From the IMG/VR virus record IMGVR_UViG_3300008259_003073: 64,000 nucleotides of DNA; one strand, written 5' to 3'. The translations under genes were made by a program, and so were the position numbers. The DNA is from a virus. Taxonomy: Duplodnaviria; Caudoviricetes. Below are positions 10,496 to 19,315 of the stretch, in pieces. The notes below the pieces were generated by a model. That model was not told the DNA's origin, did not search any database, and worked only from the letters and a program-made list of their open reading frames with translations. Positions within the stretch are counted from its first letter, which is position 1. Each line of letters opens with the position of its first letter.

Positions 10496-10947
10496 TAAAT
10501 CTTTAATTTTAGCTTCGTAATTTGTTTTTTATCAACGGCATATTTCTCACATACATATTTTATATGCTCTCTACCTTCTCTGGTTGCATATAGGACTTCA
10601 GCATAATCTATTGCATGTCTTTCTGAACAATCGTATTCTTTCTTAATTAAATCAACTAAAAATGATTCGTATTTTTCTTCTCCCTTTCCTTTGATGTATT
10701 TTAGATAATACTTGCCTTTGGGTATGATACTGATATACAACTTATACATTTCCCTCGGTTCTAATGTTTGAGTCAAAGGTAATATAGTTGCAATCAGTTC
10801 TACCCATTCTGGTTTCATAGAAAGAAATCTGTTAATCATAAAGTTGCTCCACGACTTAACATCTTCCTCTGTAAGTTTATCAAAATACTTTGGGTCTTGC
10901 TCCGATGTGATTGCAGCAATATGGTCAAATAGTTTTTTTCCTGCCAT
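10495..10947 (-). CDS. Clamp loader small subunit (T4 gp62-like)
   Basis: Start moved to MAGKKLFDHI at 10947, just after the upstream stop at 10950; FMINRFLSM, YLKYIK; next to the gp44-like gene. Confidence 0.6.
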   Translation of the reverse strand: MAGKKLFDHIAAITSEQDPKYFDKLTEEDVKSWSNFMINRFLSMKPEWVELIATILPLTQTLEPREMYKLYISIIPKGKYYLKYIKGKGEEKYESFLVDLIKKEYDCSERHAIDYAEVLYATREGREHIKYVCEKYAVDKKQITKLKLKI

Positions 10948-10949
10948 TA

Positions 10950-11186
10950 TTATACTATTGATGGTGGGGTGTCTCTTAATTCCAAAGGTAATAACTCTTG
11001 CAATGCTTTTCCACACTGGGTACAAAGATACATTTCAATTGGAATGATTGAATCTTGTGCATTGCCAGTCATTATTTTACTTAATTTTTTAAATCTATAT
11101 CCTGGCATAAATGTTTTATTTCCACATTCACATACCATATCTCTCGCATCATTTAGGCTGACACCATTCGGTAATCCTTGTTCCAT
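10950..11186 (-). CDS. Small zinc-ribbon protein
   Basis: CECG...CTQCG, 78 aa, coupled to neighbours. Confidence 0.65.
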   Translation of the reverse strand: MEQGLPNGVSLNDARDMVCECGNKTFMPGYRFKKLSKIMTGNAQDSIIPIEMYLCTQCGKALQELLPLELRDTPPSIV

Positions 11187-12133
11187 TATTTTATAATATT
11201 TAAAATTTGAATAATTGTACTCATAAACACTATTTCTTTATCTACTACTAATGCATCTTTGGATAATCCTTCTGCAATAGTTAAGATTACATTGGCAGTA
11301 TTACCTGCTGCGTATTCATCAACTCTACTATATAACATAGAATACATTTCCGAATAATCGTTTAATCTATTATCAGCAACTGCTTGTCTGATATTCATAA
11401 ACATATTTCTCTTATCATCATTTGCTTTTAACAAATCTACCAATTTTGTTTGGAAATTAGATTCAACCATAATTTGATGGTCTACTTTCAACTCTCCTTT
11501 TGCAGATTGTAATTGGCAAGTATTTAAGATTCTACGAATATCAGGATAATATGAACTGATAATATCAGCAACATTCTTAACATCGTATTTGATTTTTTCA
11601 GCATCTAAAATTCTAGTAACCTGAATTGCAACATCTTTCTTTGTAGGTGGTGTGATTGCAAATGTTTGGCATCTACTTTTGATTGGGTCAATAATCTTTT
11701 CGTGATAGTTACACGTTAAGATAAATCTACAATGTTTAGAGAATGTCTCCATTAAGTTACGCAAGATTGCCTGTGCGTTTGGAGTCATATAATCAAACTC
11801 ATCCAAAATGATAATCTTAAATCCTGCAAATCCCATAGAGGATGCGAAGTTCTTCACCTTATTACGAACTGTATCTACGTTGTTCTCATCCGATGCGTTG
11901 ATAATCATACTATCACATTTGATTGTATTTACAATTAGTTTTGCAAGTGTGGTTTTACCAGTTCCTGCTTTACCATGTAATAACAAATGTGGAATATCAT
12001 TATTATCCAAATACTGCTGAATGGTTTCCTTTACGGTTTCATTACCTACATATTCGGAAAGTGTTTGTGGGCGGTATTTCTCCACCCACAAACTATGCTC
12101 TCTCTTACTAATATCGTTTTGAAAAAAGCTCAT
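11186..12133 (-). CDS. Clamp loader AAA+ subunit (gp44/RFC-like)
   Basis: WVEKYRP (RFC box II), GKAGTGKT, INASD, DEFD, SRC motif. Confidence 0.95.
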   Translation of the reverse strand: MSFFQNDISKREHSLWVEKYRPQTLSEYVGNETVKETIQQYLDNNDIPHLLLHGKAGTGKTTLAKLIVNTIKCDSMIINASDENNVDTVRNKVKNFASSMGFAGFKIIILDEFDYMTPNAQAILRNLMETFSKHCRFILTCNYHEKIIDPIKSRCQTFAITPPTKKDVAIQVTRILDAEKIKYDVKNVADIISSYYPDIRRILNTCQLQSAKGELKVDHQIMVESNFQTKLVDLLKANDDKRNMFMNIRQAVADNRLNDYSEMYSMLYSRVDEYAAGNTANVILTIAEGLSKDALVVDKEIVFMSTIIQILNIIK

Positions 12134-12138
12134 AATAA

Positions 12139-12444
12139 TTAGTTATTTTCTTTAGATTTTTCTCTCTCTAATTTTGATTCTTCCGAAATTGGTCTTGGGA
12201 AGATTGTGAACTGCATTCCATTTTGTTGAAAATTTAATCCTTGTCCTTCTATTGGTTGGATTCGTAATGTTAATGGTGATGGCTCTGAATTTTCATCTGA
12301 CCATGCAAACACTATAGGCTCATTATTAAAAAATTGAAAACACCATTCTACATCTGCGATTGGAGTTGCTTCAGATACACCAATAATATCTGCATCCTGA
12401 TTTTGTAATTTCTCTTCCGGAAATAATTCTAATTGCTTTTTCAT
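12139..12444 (-). CDS. Hypothetical protein
   Basis: 101-aa ORF on the coding strand filling the gap. Confidence 0.6.
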   Translation of the reverse strand: MKKQLELFPEEKLQNQDADIIGVSEATPIADVEWCFQFFNNEPIVFAWSDENSEPSPLTLRIQPIEGQGLNFQQNGMQFTIFPRPISEESKLEREKSKENN

Positions 12445-12482
12445 TGTATATAATTTATTTTTCGTAATTTAGTTTATTTTTT

Positions 12483-13229
12483 TTATATTTCAAAATTTTC
12501 TTTAATATATTTGTATAGATTTTTTGCGTATTCTTCATTTTGAAGTGATGTTGCATGTGTGTGACTATCTTTAAAATTTGGATAATCACCATCAAATCTA
12601 CTTTCATCGGTATATTCCGTCCCAACAAATGTACCATTCCAAATAAACGGAATTTGTTTTGATTTCAAATAATAAGTTATTAATTGGTGATTTTTATACC
12701 AATTTATAAAATCTTCTTTATCATTTGATGATGCAATTTTATTAGCCCATATCATTCTACCTTCTTTTTCTTCATCAAAATATCCCCAAGGATTTGGGTG
12801 GTATGGTTCTACATCACCATTATCTCTGTAGAATTCTCTCCTATGAGGATATGTGTACATCACCAATACTATTGATGGTTTTAATTCGTCTACCCAAGTT
12901 AAAATACTTCTGGCAATATAATCATTACTTCTACCACTTATACCCAAATTTAAATCAACACCATTTGGTATCATTCTAGATAAACAATGTGACCAAGTTT
13001 GTCTATCATGTACACCTATTCCTTCAGTGTGAGAACATCCAACTGACATTATTTTCAATCCTTTCTTTTTAGGTGAATCACCTCTAAATCCTAACTCATT
13101 GAATGTATAATAACAAGTTCCAGCATCTGAACCGTTTCCTAATAATTCTTTATTCTTTCTTTCTTTTAATAGCCACTTATAACTTGCTATATCAAATCCA
13201 TTTGGATTCCAAAATTTTAAACTTTCCAT
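12483..13229 (-). CDS. SGNH/GDSL hydrolase-like protein (paralogue of 9644..10495)
   Basis: SVGCSHTEG, GRSND, C-terminal HTHAT...NEEYA. Confidence 0.55.
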   Translation of the reverse strand: MESLKFWNPNGFDIASYKWLLKERKNKELLGNGSDAGTCYYTFNELGFRGDSPKKKGLKIMSVGCSHTEGIGVHDRQTWSHCLSRMIPNGVDLNLGISGRSNDYIARSILTWVDELKPSIVLVMYTYPHRREFYRDNGDVEPYHPNPWGYFDEEKEGRMIWANKIASSNDKEDFINWYKNHQLITYYLKSKQIPFIWNGTFVGTEYTDESRFDGDYPNFKDSHTHATSLQNEEYAKNLYKYIKENFEI

Positions 13230-13231
13230 AA

Positions 13232-15793
13232 TTAAAATGTAAAAAACTTTTTCGCAGTTTGTGTTTCAGTTGATGCTTTTTCCCACTTCAATGCTTTATA
13301 AAAATCATCTAATTTGTTTTCCAATTCTGCTTTGAAAATCATATCTCTATCTACATATTGTTCTACGAAGTCCATAATCTCTTTTGGGTCATTGTAATCT
13401 TTGAATGCAACTGTATCTAATCCTAATGGATTTTGCTTTAAATACACCCACTTAACCTTATCACCATCTCTAATTGGTTCGTGCTTAAACGGACAGTCAA
13501 AGAATTTCAACAATCGATTGTATGATATACCTGCTTTCACGTGTGCAGGAGTTCCTTTCTCAAAGTTAGCAATCTGTAATCCACTATCTTTTCTCCATTT
13601 ACCATTATCGTATTTACTTAATTCCTTAATGGCACCACCCTTTGCTATTTTATTAACAGGTAAAGTCATCATACTCTTTTTGAAATCCAATAACTTCTTA
13701 TCAACATAATCATTATCTTTTCCCATAAGAATATCCTTTAACATTCCGGACATATAATCCTGAAATGCTTTTGGGAATGATGAACGAACTACATCCAATC
13801 CTTTCACATCCAACTTATCACAAGGGATACCATTTTTCAAAATCATCCATTGTGCGTATCTTTTCTTTGCTACCCAAAATCCTGCTTTACTGATATATTC
13901 CTTCTTAATTTCAAATCTGTGTTTATCTTTTGGAATACAGAAGAATCTTTCCGCTAATAAATCATAAAATGAATTAAGGAATGATTGAGTTTCATCGGCT
14001 ATAATGTTGACCTCCTGTGCCATTCGGTTTTGGTCAAATGTCTTATATTCTGGATAACGATGTTTTACCAATGGTTCTGCCATCATATAAATGGAATCAG
14101 TATCGATGTATACATTATAATCTTCTTTCGTACCTAACTCCTTATTATATTTGATGTTAGCCATTTCTGCAGTTTTCTTAATTACAGTCTGACCCGTAAT
14201 CGTAACTGCCTCTGCATTATCAATATCATAGAAACGGAATGCTGGTAATCCCAATACTCCATACATTGAGTTTAGAAGAATCTTTTGTACCAACTGTCTT
14301 TTAGCATAGAATTCATACTTTTCGGTATCACCTGCTTCACCATATTGTTTTTCTAATTTACGAAATTCAACCCTCTGCTTAAACCATGTATCCAAAATAT
14401 CTGCAATCAATCCTGGTTTATCTTGATTATACAACACTCCGTTTGCAGCTACTCCTAAATTACTATCTTTGATTACATCTTTTAATTCTTCTTTGGTGTA
14501 ATCATATGTATCACCACCTGCACCTACAATCGTATACCTATCATTTCCACCTCTAACCCAATGTTCGGCATCCCAATCTTTAATCTTTCCAATTTTGGTT
14601 TCAGGTGAAATGTTTAGGGTCATAATGATTGATGGATATAGAGATGTTAAGTCCAAGTCATAAATCCAATCATACTTTCCAACAATGGGTTCTTTTACAT
14701 AAGCTCCGATAAACTTCTCTTCGTTATTATCACGAAGTGCCTGCATCTTTTCTTTCCTATCCTTCGGTTTGTTTGGTGCTACCAACCCTTTAGTTTTAAG
14801 ATATGCTAAACATGCTCCCTCCAAATACTTCGATGAAAACATATAATCTTCATACGGAACAAATCCTGCGTGGCAAATCGCTCTACATAATTCAATGAAT
14901 TGAAGTTTCTCATCCATTGATACAACCAAGTCCACATCGACAATGTTATATTCAATAAACTTCTCCAAATCATTCTCAAACAAATCATCCAAACTTCCTT
15001 CATACTCAACCTTACCTCTACCCAATTCTTTGGTAGCAATGTGATTTAGAGTATAGGATGATTCTAACCCATAGTTATAGTTCTTATAGAGATTGATATA
15101 ATCCAAAATAGATACACCCGCAAAACTCCACTTCTGTCTGTAAGGTGAATAAAAGGTTTGTCCAATCGGAGATAATCTTTTAGCATGTCCTTCCCCACAT
15201 ACATTCTTAATACGATTGTAAAGATATGGAATATCAAAGAAGTCAATGTTCCAACCTGTTAAAATAGTTGGATTGACTTCCTCATAATAATTAAGAAATG
15301 CAATTAGAAGATTTTTTTCATTATCAAAAATATGCAGTTTGACATCTCTACCATCTTTACTGAATTGTTTTGCATTGTTTTTAACTTTCCTTGCTTTATC
15401 TAATACAAATACATCGTACAATTTAGTTACACCATCATGTGATGCTATTGCAGTAATTTCATTTTGTGCAAATTGAGTATTAGGCAACCCACTAACCATT
15501 TCAACTTCTATATCAAAGGTCATTGTTCTGTTTCCTTTTGATGGAGTGTCGGAATCGTATATATCAACTAATACTCTAGTGGTTTCGGGTACATCTGATT
15601 CAAACAAATCTTCAGCTTCATCCTTTTCCCACTTTGAAATACGAGTCAATCTATCACCATGCATTGATGTATGCTGACCGTACGGGTCTTTCTTATATGC
15701 ATACTTTCGATATGGGAATGTTTGATAACCATTTTTATCATCCCATAGATGGATAAGATTTTGGGTTCTTTCGTAAAATATGTTCTGATACAT
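13232..15793 (-). CDS. polB: Family B DNA polymerase (T4 gp43-like)
   Basis: Exo motifs FDIE, GWNIDFFD, YNIVD; Pol motifs DLTSLYPS, KILLNSMYG, YIDTDS, KKRY. Confidence 0.97.
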   Translation of the reverse strand: MYQNIFYERTQNLIHLWDDKNGYQTFPYRKYAYKKDPYGQHTSMHGDRLTRISKWEKDEAEDLFESDVPETTRVLVDIYDSDTPSKGNRTMTFDIEVEMVSGLPNTQFAQNEITAIASHDGVTKLYDVFVLDKARKVKNNAKQFSKDGRDVKLHIFDNEKNLLIAFLNYYEEVNPTILTGWNIDFFDIPYLYNRIKNVCGEGHAKRLSPIGQTFYSPYRQKWSFAGVSILDYINLYKNYNYGLESSYTLNHIATKELGRGKVEYEGSLDDLFENDLEKFIEYNIVDVDLVVSMDEKLQFIELCRAICHAGFVPYEDYMFSSKYLEGACLAYLKTKGLVAPNKPKDRKEKMQALRDNNEEKFIGAYVKEPIVGKYDWIYDLDLTSLYPSIIMTLNISPETKIGKIKDWDAEHWVRGGNDRYTIVGAGGDTYDYTKEELKDVIKDSNLGVAANGVLYNQDKPGLIADILDTWFKQRVEFRKLEKQYGEAGDTEKYEFYAKRQLVQKILLNSMYGVLGLPAFRFYDIDNAEAVTITGQTVIKKTAEMANIKYNKELGTKEDYNVYIDTDSIYMMAEPLVKHRYPEYKTFDQNRMAQEVNIIADETQSFLNSFYDLLAERFFCIPKDKHRFEIKKEYISKAGFWVAKKRYAQWMILKNGIPCDKLDVKGLDVVRSSFPKAFQDYMSGMLKDILMGKDNDYVDKKLLDFKKSMMTLPVNKIAKGGAIKELSKYDNGKWRKDSGLQIANFEKGTPAHVKAGISYNRLLKFFDCPFKHEPIRDGDKVKWVYLKQNPLGLDTVAFKDYNDPKEIMDFVEQYVDRDMIFKAELENKLDDFYKALKWEKASTETQTAKKFFTF

Positions 15794-15802
15794 TTGTTAT
15801 TT

Positions 15803-17374
15803 TTAAGGTTTGTAGAAAATAAAGATTGGTTCATATTTGTAGGATGTACCACCTATTTTCATACTATTTTTCACTCCACTCAAATCAACTCCAGTCATTG
15901 GAGACATTGTCATTCTCAACTTACCTTTATACTCCATTCCTAATTCAACCAATATATCAATTGAATCTTGTTCTAAAGTAAACCACTTATCAGAACCAAC
16001 TTTAATATCGGCAATGTTCCAACAGATGTATCTATCGTTTCGTAAATACTCATACGCGGTTGTTAAAGTAGGTAGTAGGAATCCATCTCTCCAACTATCG
16101 TAGTTATTGAACTTCTTAAATGATTGAGATTCATCATCTGAATATCTCTCTCTATCAAAGTAAGGTGGTGATGTGAATACAAAATCTAGTTTACCTTTGT
16201 ATTTCTCAAATCTGGCATCTAAATGAATTATTTCAGAACCCGTTGTAAATATTTCATACGTTGATTTATGCCCCCAAAATGGATTTGCAGCTCCAGGTAC
16301 TTTACTATTAAAGAATTCACCTAAATACTCATACCTAGTCTTTTGAATTTCAGGAATAAAATTTTCAGTATTTGGGTCATTACCAATATAATGAATATTT
16401 CTATCATCCACACTCAATGCACCTAATATCCTACCACCCCAACCTGCTGATGGGTCATACACATTGATTACATCTTGCGTTTTAATGTGTTCTGTAAATC
16501 TTTGATACAGATACTTCGCAGTTAGTGGTGGAAAATTTACTGCTGCCTGTGTTCCCATACCAATACGGAATGCTGCAGTTGCTTCTGGAAAGATAGTTTG
16601 ACCAAACGGATATGTTTTAATCTGTATAGGTTGTTTTGGAATATCAACTAAATTGTCAATATTATCTCCCCAATCCGCAGTTTTAAGTGATGAGATATTC
16701 TCATACTTTAATATACCTGCTTTGTATAAATCCTTTACTTCCTGTGCAGTAATTGGTGGAGATGGAACTTTACTATCTGCCTGTGATAAACAAAATCCAT
16801 GTCCTTCTTGAACTTCACCCGCTGCCCATCTTTCAATCCATTCCTTACCACTCTGAATATGTGAGTTATGAAAATCTTTGTGATTTAAGTGTAGGGTTTT
16901 AGAAAAACGATACATACCATCTTGCCTAGTCAATCTTCGCATTTGCTTAATAAACTCTGGCAAATATGCATCATCTACAAATATATCATAAATGGATGGT
17001 TTTGGTTTATCGTATGAAGAACCACCAATACCAGTCTTATACATTGCAGGAAAAAATTGATTTACAGGAGTAGCGAATTTATTGAAGTTAAAAATTACTT
17101 CATTACCATCATCATCTCTTTCTTCAAACTTATCTACCTTATAGGTTTGTAGTTTAGAAAAGTTTTCTATGATTTCCGCTTCATCTATACCAATTCTTGG
17201 AGGTGCGTTTGTAGCTGCCCATCTTTCAACGGCAGTTTTACGAAAGAATGCCACCCACTCTCCAAATTTAGTGAATGGCATTTTCAATACATCTTCGTAT
17301 TTAAGATTTATTTCAGGCGAATAAATCCAATCGTTTCTTTCGTAAAAATACTTCTTTGTATAGTTGAAGCTCAT
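15803..17374 (-). CDS. DNA amino-methyltransferase-like protein (N4-C/N6-A type) with long N-terminal extension
   Basis: YDPSAGWGGR (motif I), GNDP, FTSPPYF (motif IV), WNIAD, EPIFIF. Confidence 0.85.
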   Translation of the reverse strand: MSFNYTKKYFYERNDWIYSPEINLKYEDVLKMPFTKFGEWVAFFRKTAVERWAATNAPPRIGIDEAEIIENFSKLQTYKVDKFEERDDDGNEVIFNFNKFATPVNQFFPAMYKTGIGGSSYDKPKPSIYDIFVDDAYLPEFIKQMRRLTRQDGMYRFSKTLHLNHKDFHNSHIQSGKEWIERWAAGEVQEGHGFCLSQADSKVPSPPITAQEVKDLYKAGILKYENISSLKTADWGDNIDNLVDIPKQPIQIKTYPFGQTIFPEATAAFRIGMGTQAAVNFPPLTAKYLYQRFTEHIKTQDVINVYDPSAGWGGRILGALSVDDRNIHYIGNDPNTENFIPEIQKTRYEYLGEFFNSKVPGAANPFWGHKSTYEIFTTGSEIIHLDARFEKYKGKLDFVFTSPPYFDRERYSDDESQSFKKFNNYDSWRDGFLLPTLTTAYEYLRNDRYICWNIADIKVGSDKWFTLEQDSIDILVELGMEYKGKLRMTMSPMTGVDLSGVKNSMKIGGTSYKYEPIFIFYKP

Positions 17375-17375
17375 T

Positions 17376-18095
17376 TTATGCGGTTAATTGTACTTCTACC
17401 AAATAATAGTTTGCAGTGAAATCATCAATTTTGAATTCAACGTGCGCCAATCCTGAAGTAGATATTTTTAATACTACCGAAGTAGCTTCTTTGTTTGCAG
17501 AGAAAATCTCTTTGAGATACTTTGCGGAGAATGAAATAGGTTTAACTTCTTCACTATAATCTTTGTTAACTGAAAATTCAATTAGAGTTGAATTTACATT
17601 TGAATAACCTAATACAAGTTTCAATTCACTATTCTTTGTAAGAACGGTAAATGTGTCTACATCAGATAGTGCGTTTTTAGCTTTGATAAATTTGTCAATA
17701 AATTTACCATCAAATGCGATTTCAACATCAAATTCTGGTAGAGATTTCAAATCCGGAACTGATGGAATAACTGCTAAATCCGCTAATTGGAATTGAGCTT
17801 TTGTGTCATCACTTTTGATAAATAGACTTACAGCCTTTCCATCAACTTGCTGAACATCCAGTTCAACATCATCACCTACAACTGATAACAATTTTGTCAA
17901 TTGAGATGTTGTGTAAATACCTAAATTAGGTGTTGTTTGCGTGAAATTATCTAGTTGAATTTCACCTAATACCGTCTTATCATCGGAGATAAAACGAGTA
18001 ACCAATTTCCCATCTGCTGCTTTCCATGCAACCGATTCTACTAATCCTGCCAAATTGTACTTTTGGATAAATCTTGTAATTCTTGTTTTGTTCAT
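17376..18095 (-). CDS. Sliding clamp (T4 gp45-like)
   Basis: 239 aa, alternating beta/alpha pattern, C-terminal YYLV; near PolB and clamp loader. Confidence 0.8.
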   Translation of the reverse strand: MNKTRITRFIQKYNLAGLVESVAWKAADGKLVTRFISDDKTVLGEIQLDNFTQTTPNLGIYTTSQLTKLLSVVGDDVELDVQQVDGKAVSLFIKSDDTKAQFQLADLAVIPSVPDLKSLPEFDVEIAFDGKFIDKFIKAKNALSDVDTFTVLTKNSELKLVLGYSNVNSTLIEFSVNKDYSEEVKPISFSAKYLKEIFSANKEATSVVLKISTSGLAHVEFKIDDFTANYYLVEVQLTA

Positions 18096-18118
18096 GTTTT
18101 TTAAAATTTAATTGTTTA

Positions 18119-18150
18119 CGAATATAATATATTTTTTTGGTATTTACAAG
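18119..18150 (-). promoter_or_regulatory. Putative Bacteroidota-type promoter
   Basis: CTTG-N20-TATATTCG upstream of the clamp gene. Confidence 0.55.
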
Positions 18151-18153
18151 TCA

Positions 18154-19305
18154 TTATGGTTTTTTCCATATCCATACTGGCTCACAAAATGTTTTGTTTT
18201 TTGCTTCTTCCGCTTTTAATAAAGCTTCTTCTGTATATCTTTCCTCATCCCCTTCTATAATTGCTCCTGCACCTGCTGAACCTGGTCTCTTTGCCATCTC
18301 CATCCCTAAACACCCTTCATAGATACCTCCCAATGATTTGATGTAATCGTTCATAGGGTTTGTTATTTCTTGGTATCCTTTACCATCCCCTTTGGAAGAT
18401 GCATATACATCTGCAATGTTAATTGCTAAATACCCACCCTTTCTAATAGTAGGCCAAACCTTTTCGATTGTTTTATGTAAGAATAATTTATTCCATGCAT
18501 CAATGTTGTTGTATCGAACCCAACTTTGGGTATCGTCATAAGAATATCGTTCAACATTGAAATATGGGGGTGAGCTGAAAACAATGTCAAAATAATCGGT
18601 GTACTCACTATAATCCATGTCTTCAGCTGGAATTGGGTGATTTTCTTTTCTCGGGTCAATACCCACATAATGTTCTCCTTTTTCAGATGCCATAAATCCA
18701 CACAATCTATCTCCCCATCCCGCCGATATGTCTAACACATTTTTTGCACCTACCATATCGTAAAGTGCTTTGGCAACATTGGGTTTGAATTGTGAGCAAA
18801 TGTACTTTCTTAAACTCAAACAAACTCGCAGTTCGTTTCTTCCTACTTCATCAAATTTAAGAGTGTATAACCCACCCATTAAAGACGTCATAAAATCCTT
18901 ACTTGCCCACGTTCTATGAGGACCTGGCGAAACGGTGCCGTCTACACTCCAACGATTTGCTTGTTGAAAGAAATTGGATGCAGAGTTACCAGTGTTTAAC
19001 CTTTTTACAAATTGCTTCTTACCTCTGAATGTTAAAGGATAATTACTTTCCGATGCTTTACGAGGAAACCACTCACCCTCTTTAAGTAGTTCGTTGTAAC
19101 GAGTTCCTTTGAGAGCAAGGTATTCCTTTCTAGCTTCGGTTTCTGTGATTTCGGCATACGGTAATTCGTATTCCATACACAATTGCGCAAGAGAGTCTTT
19201 TACATCATCTCTGTCAAAAGTGCTTTTAATATAACTCCACTCTTCACTATTGATGTGAAGGTATGGAGCCATATTTTTGAACTTGTTAAAGTATTCTATA
19301 TACAT
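18154..19305 (-). CDS. Second DNA amino-methyltransferase-like protein, apparently with an internal in-frame deletion
   Basis: LDISAGWGDR, GIDP, FSSPPYF, INIAD, EPVWIW; short spacing between GIDP and SPPY. Confidence 0.8.
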   Translation of the reverse strand: MYIEYFNKFKNMAPYLHINSEEWSYIKSTFDRDDVKDSLAQLCMEYELPYAEITETEARKEYLALKGTRYNELLKEGEWFPRKASESNYPLTFRGKKQFVKRLNTGNSASNFFQQANRWSVDGTVSPGPHRTWASKDFMTSLMGGLYTLKFDEVGRNELRVCLSLRKYICSQFKPNVAKALYDMVGAKNVLDISAGWGDRLCGFMASEKGEHYVGIDPRKENHPIPAEDMDYSEYTDYFDIVFSSPPYFNVERYSYDDTQSWVRYNNIDAWNKLFLHKTIEKVWPTIRKGGYLAINIADVYASSKGDGKGYQEITNPMNDYIKSLGGIYEGCLGMEMAKRPGSAGAGAIIEGDEERYTEEALLKAEEAKNKTFCEPVWIWKKP

Positions 19306-19315
19306 AACTTAATAA

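Noticed and set aside
10948-11025. Extended starts from the ORF track (also 23384, 25375, 31241, 38984, 46912)
   Set aside because: They overlap upstream genes or a terminator; downstream ATGs next to the upstream stop fit better.
18426-18701. Alternative-frame ORF as the missing part of the second methyltransferase
   Set aside because: Its translation has no MTase-like sequence, and the main frame is already open on both sides of the junction.
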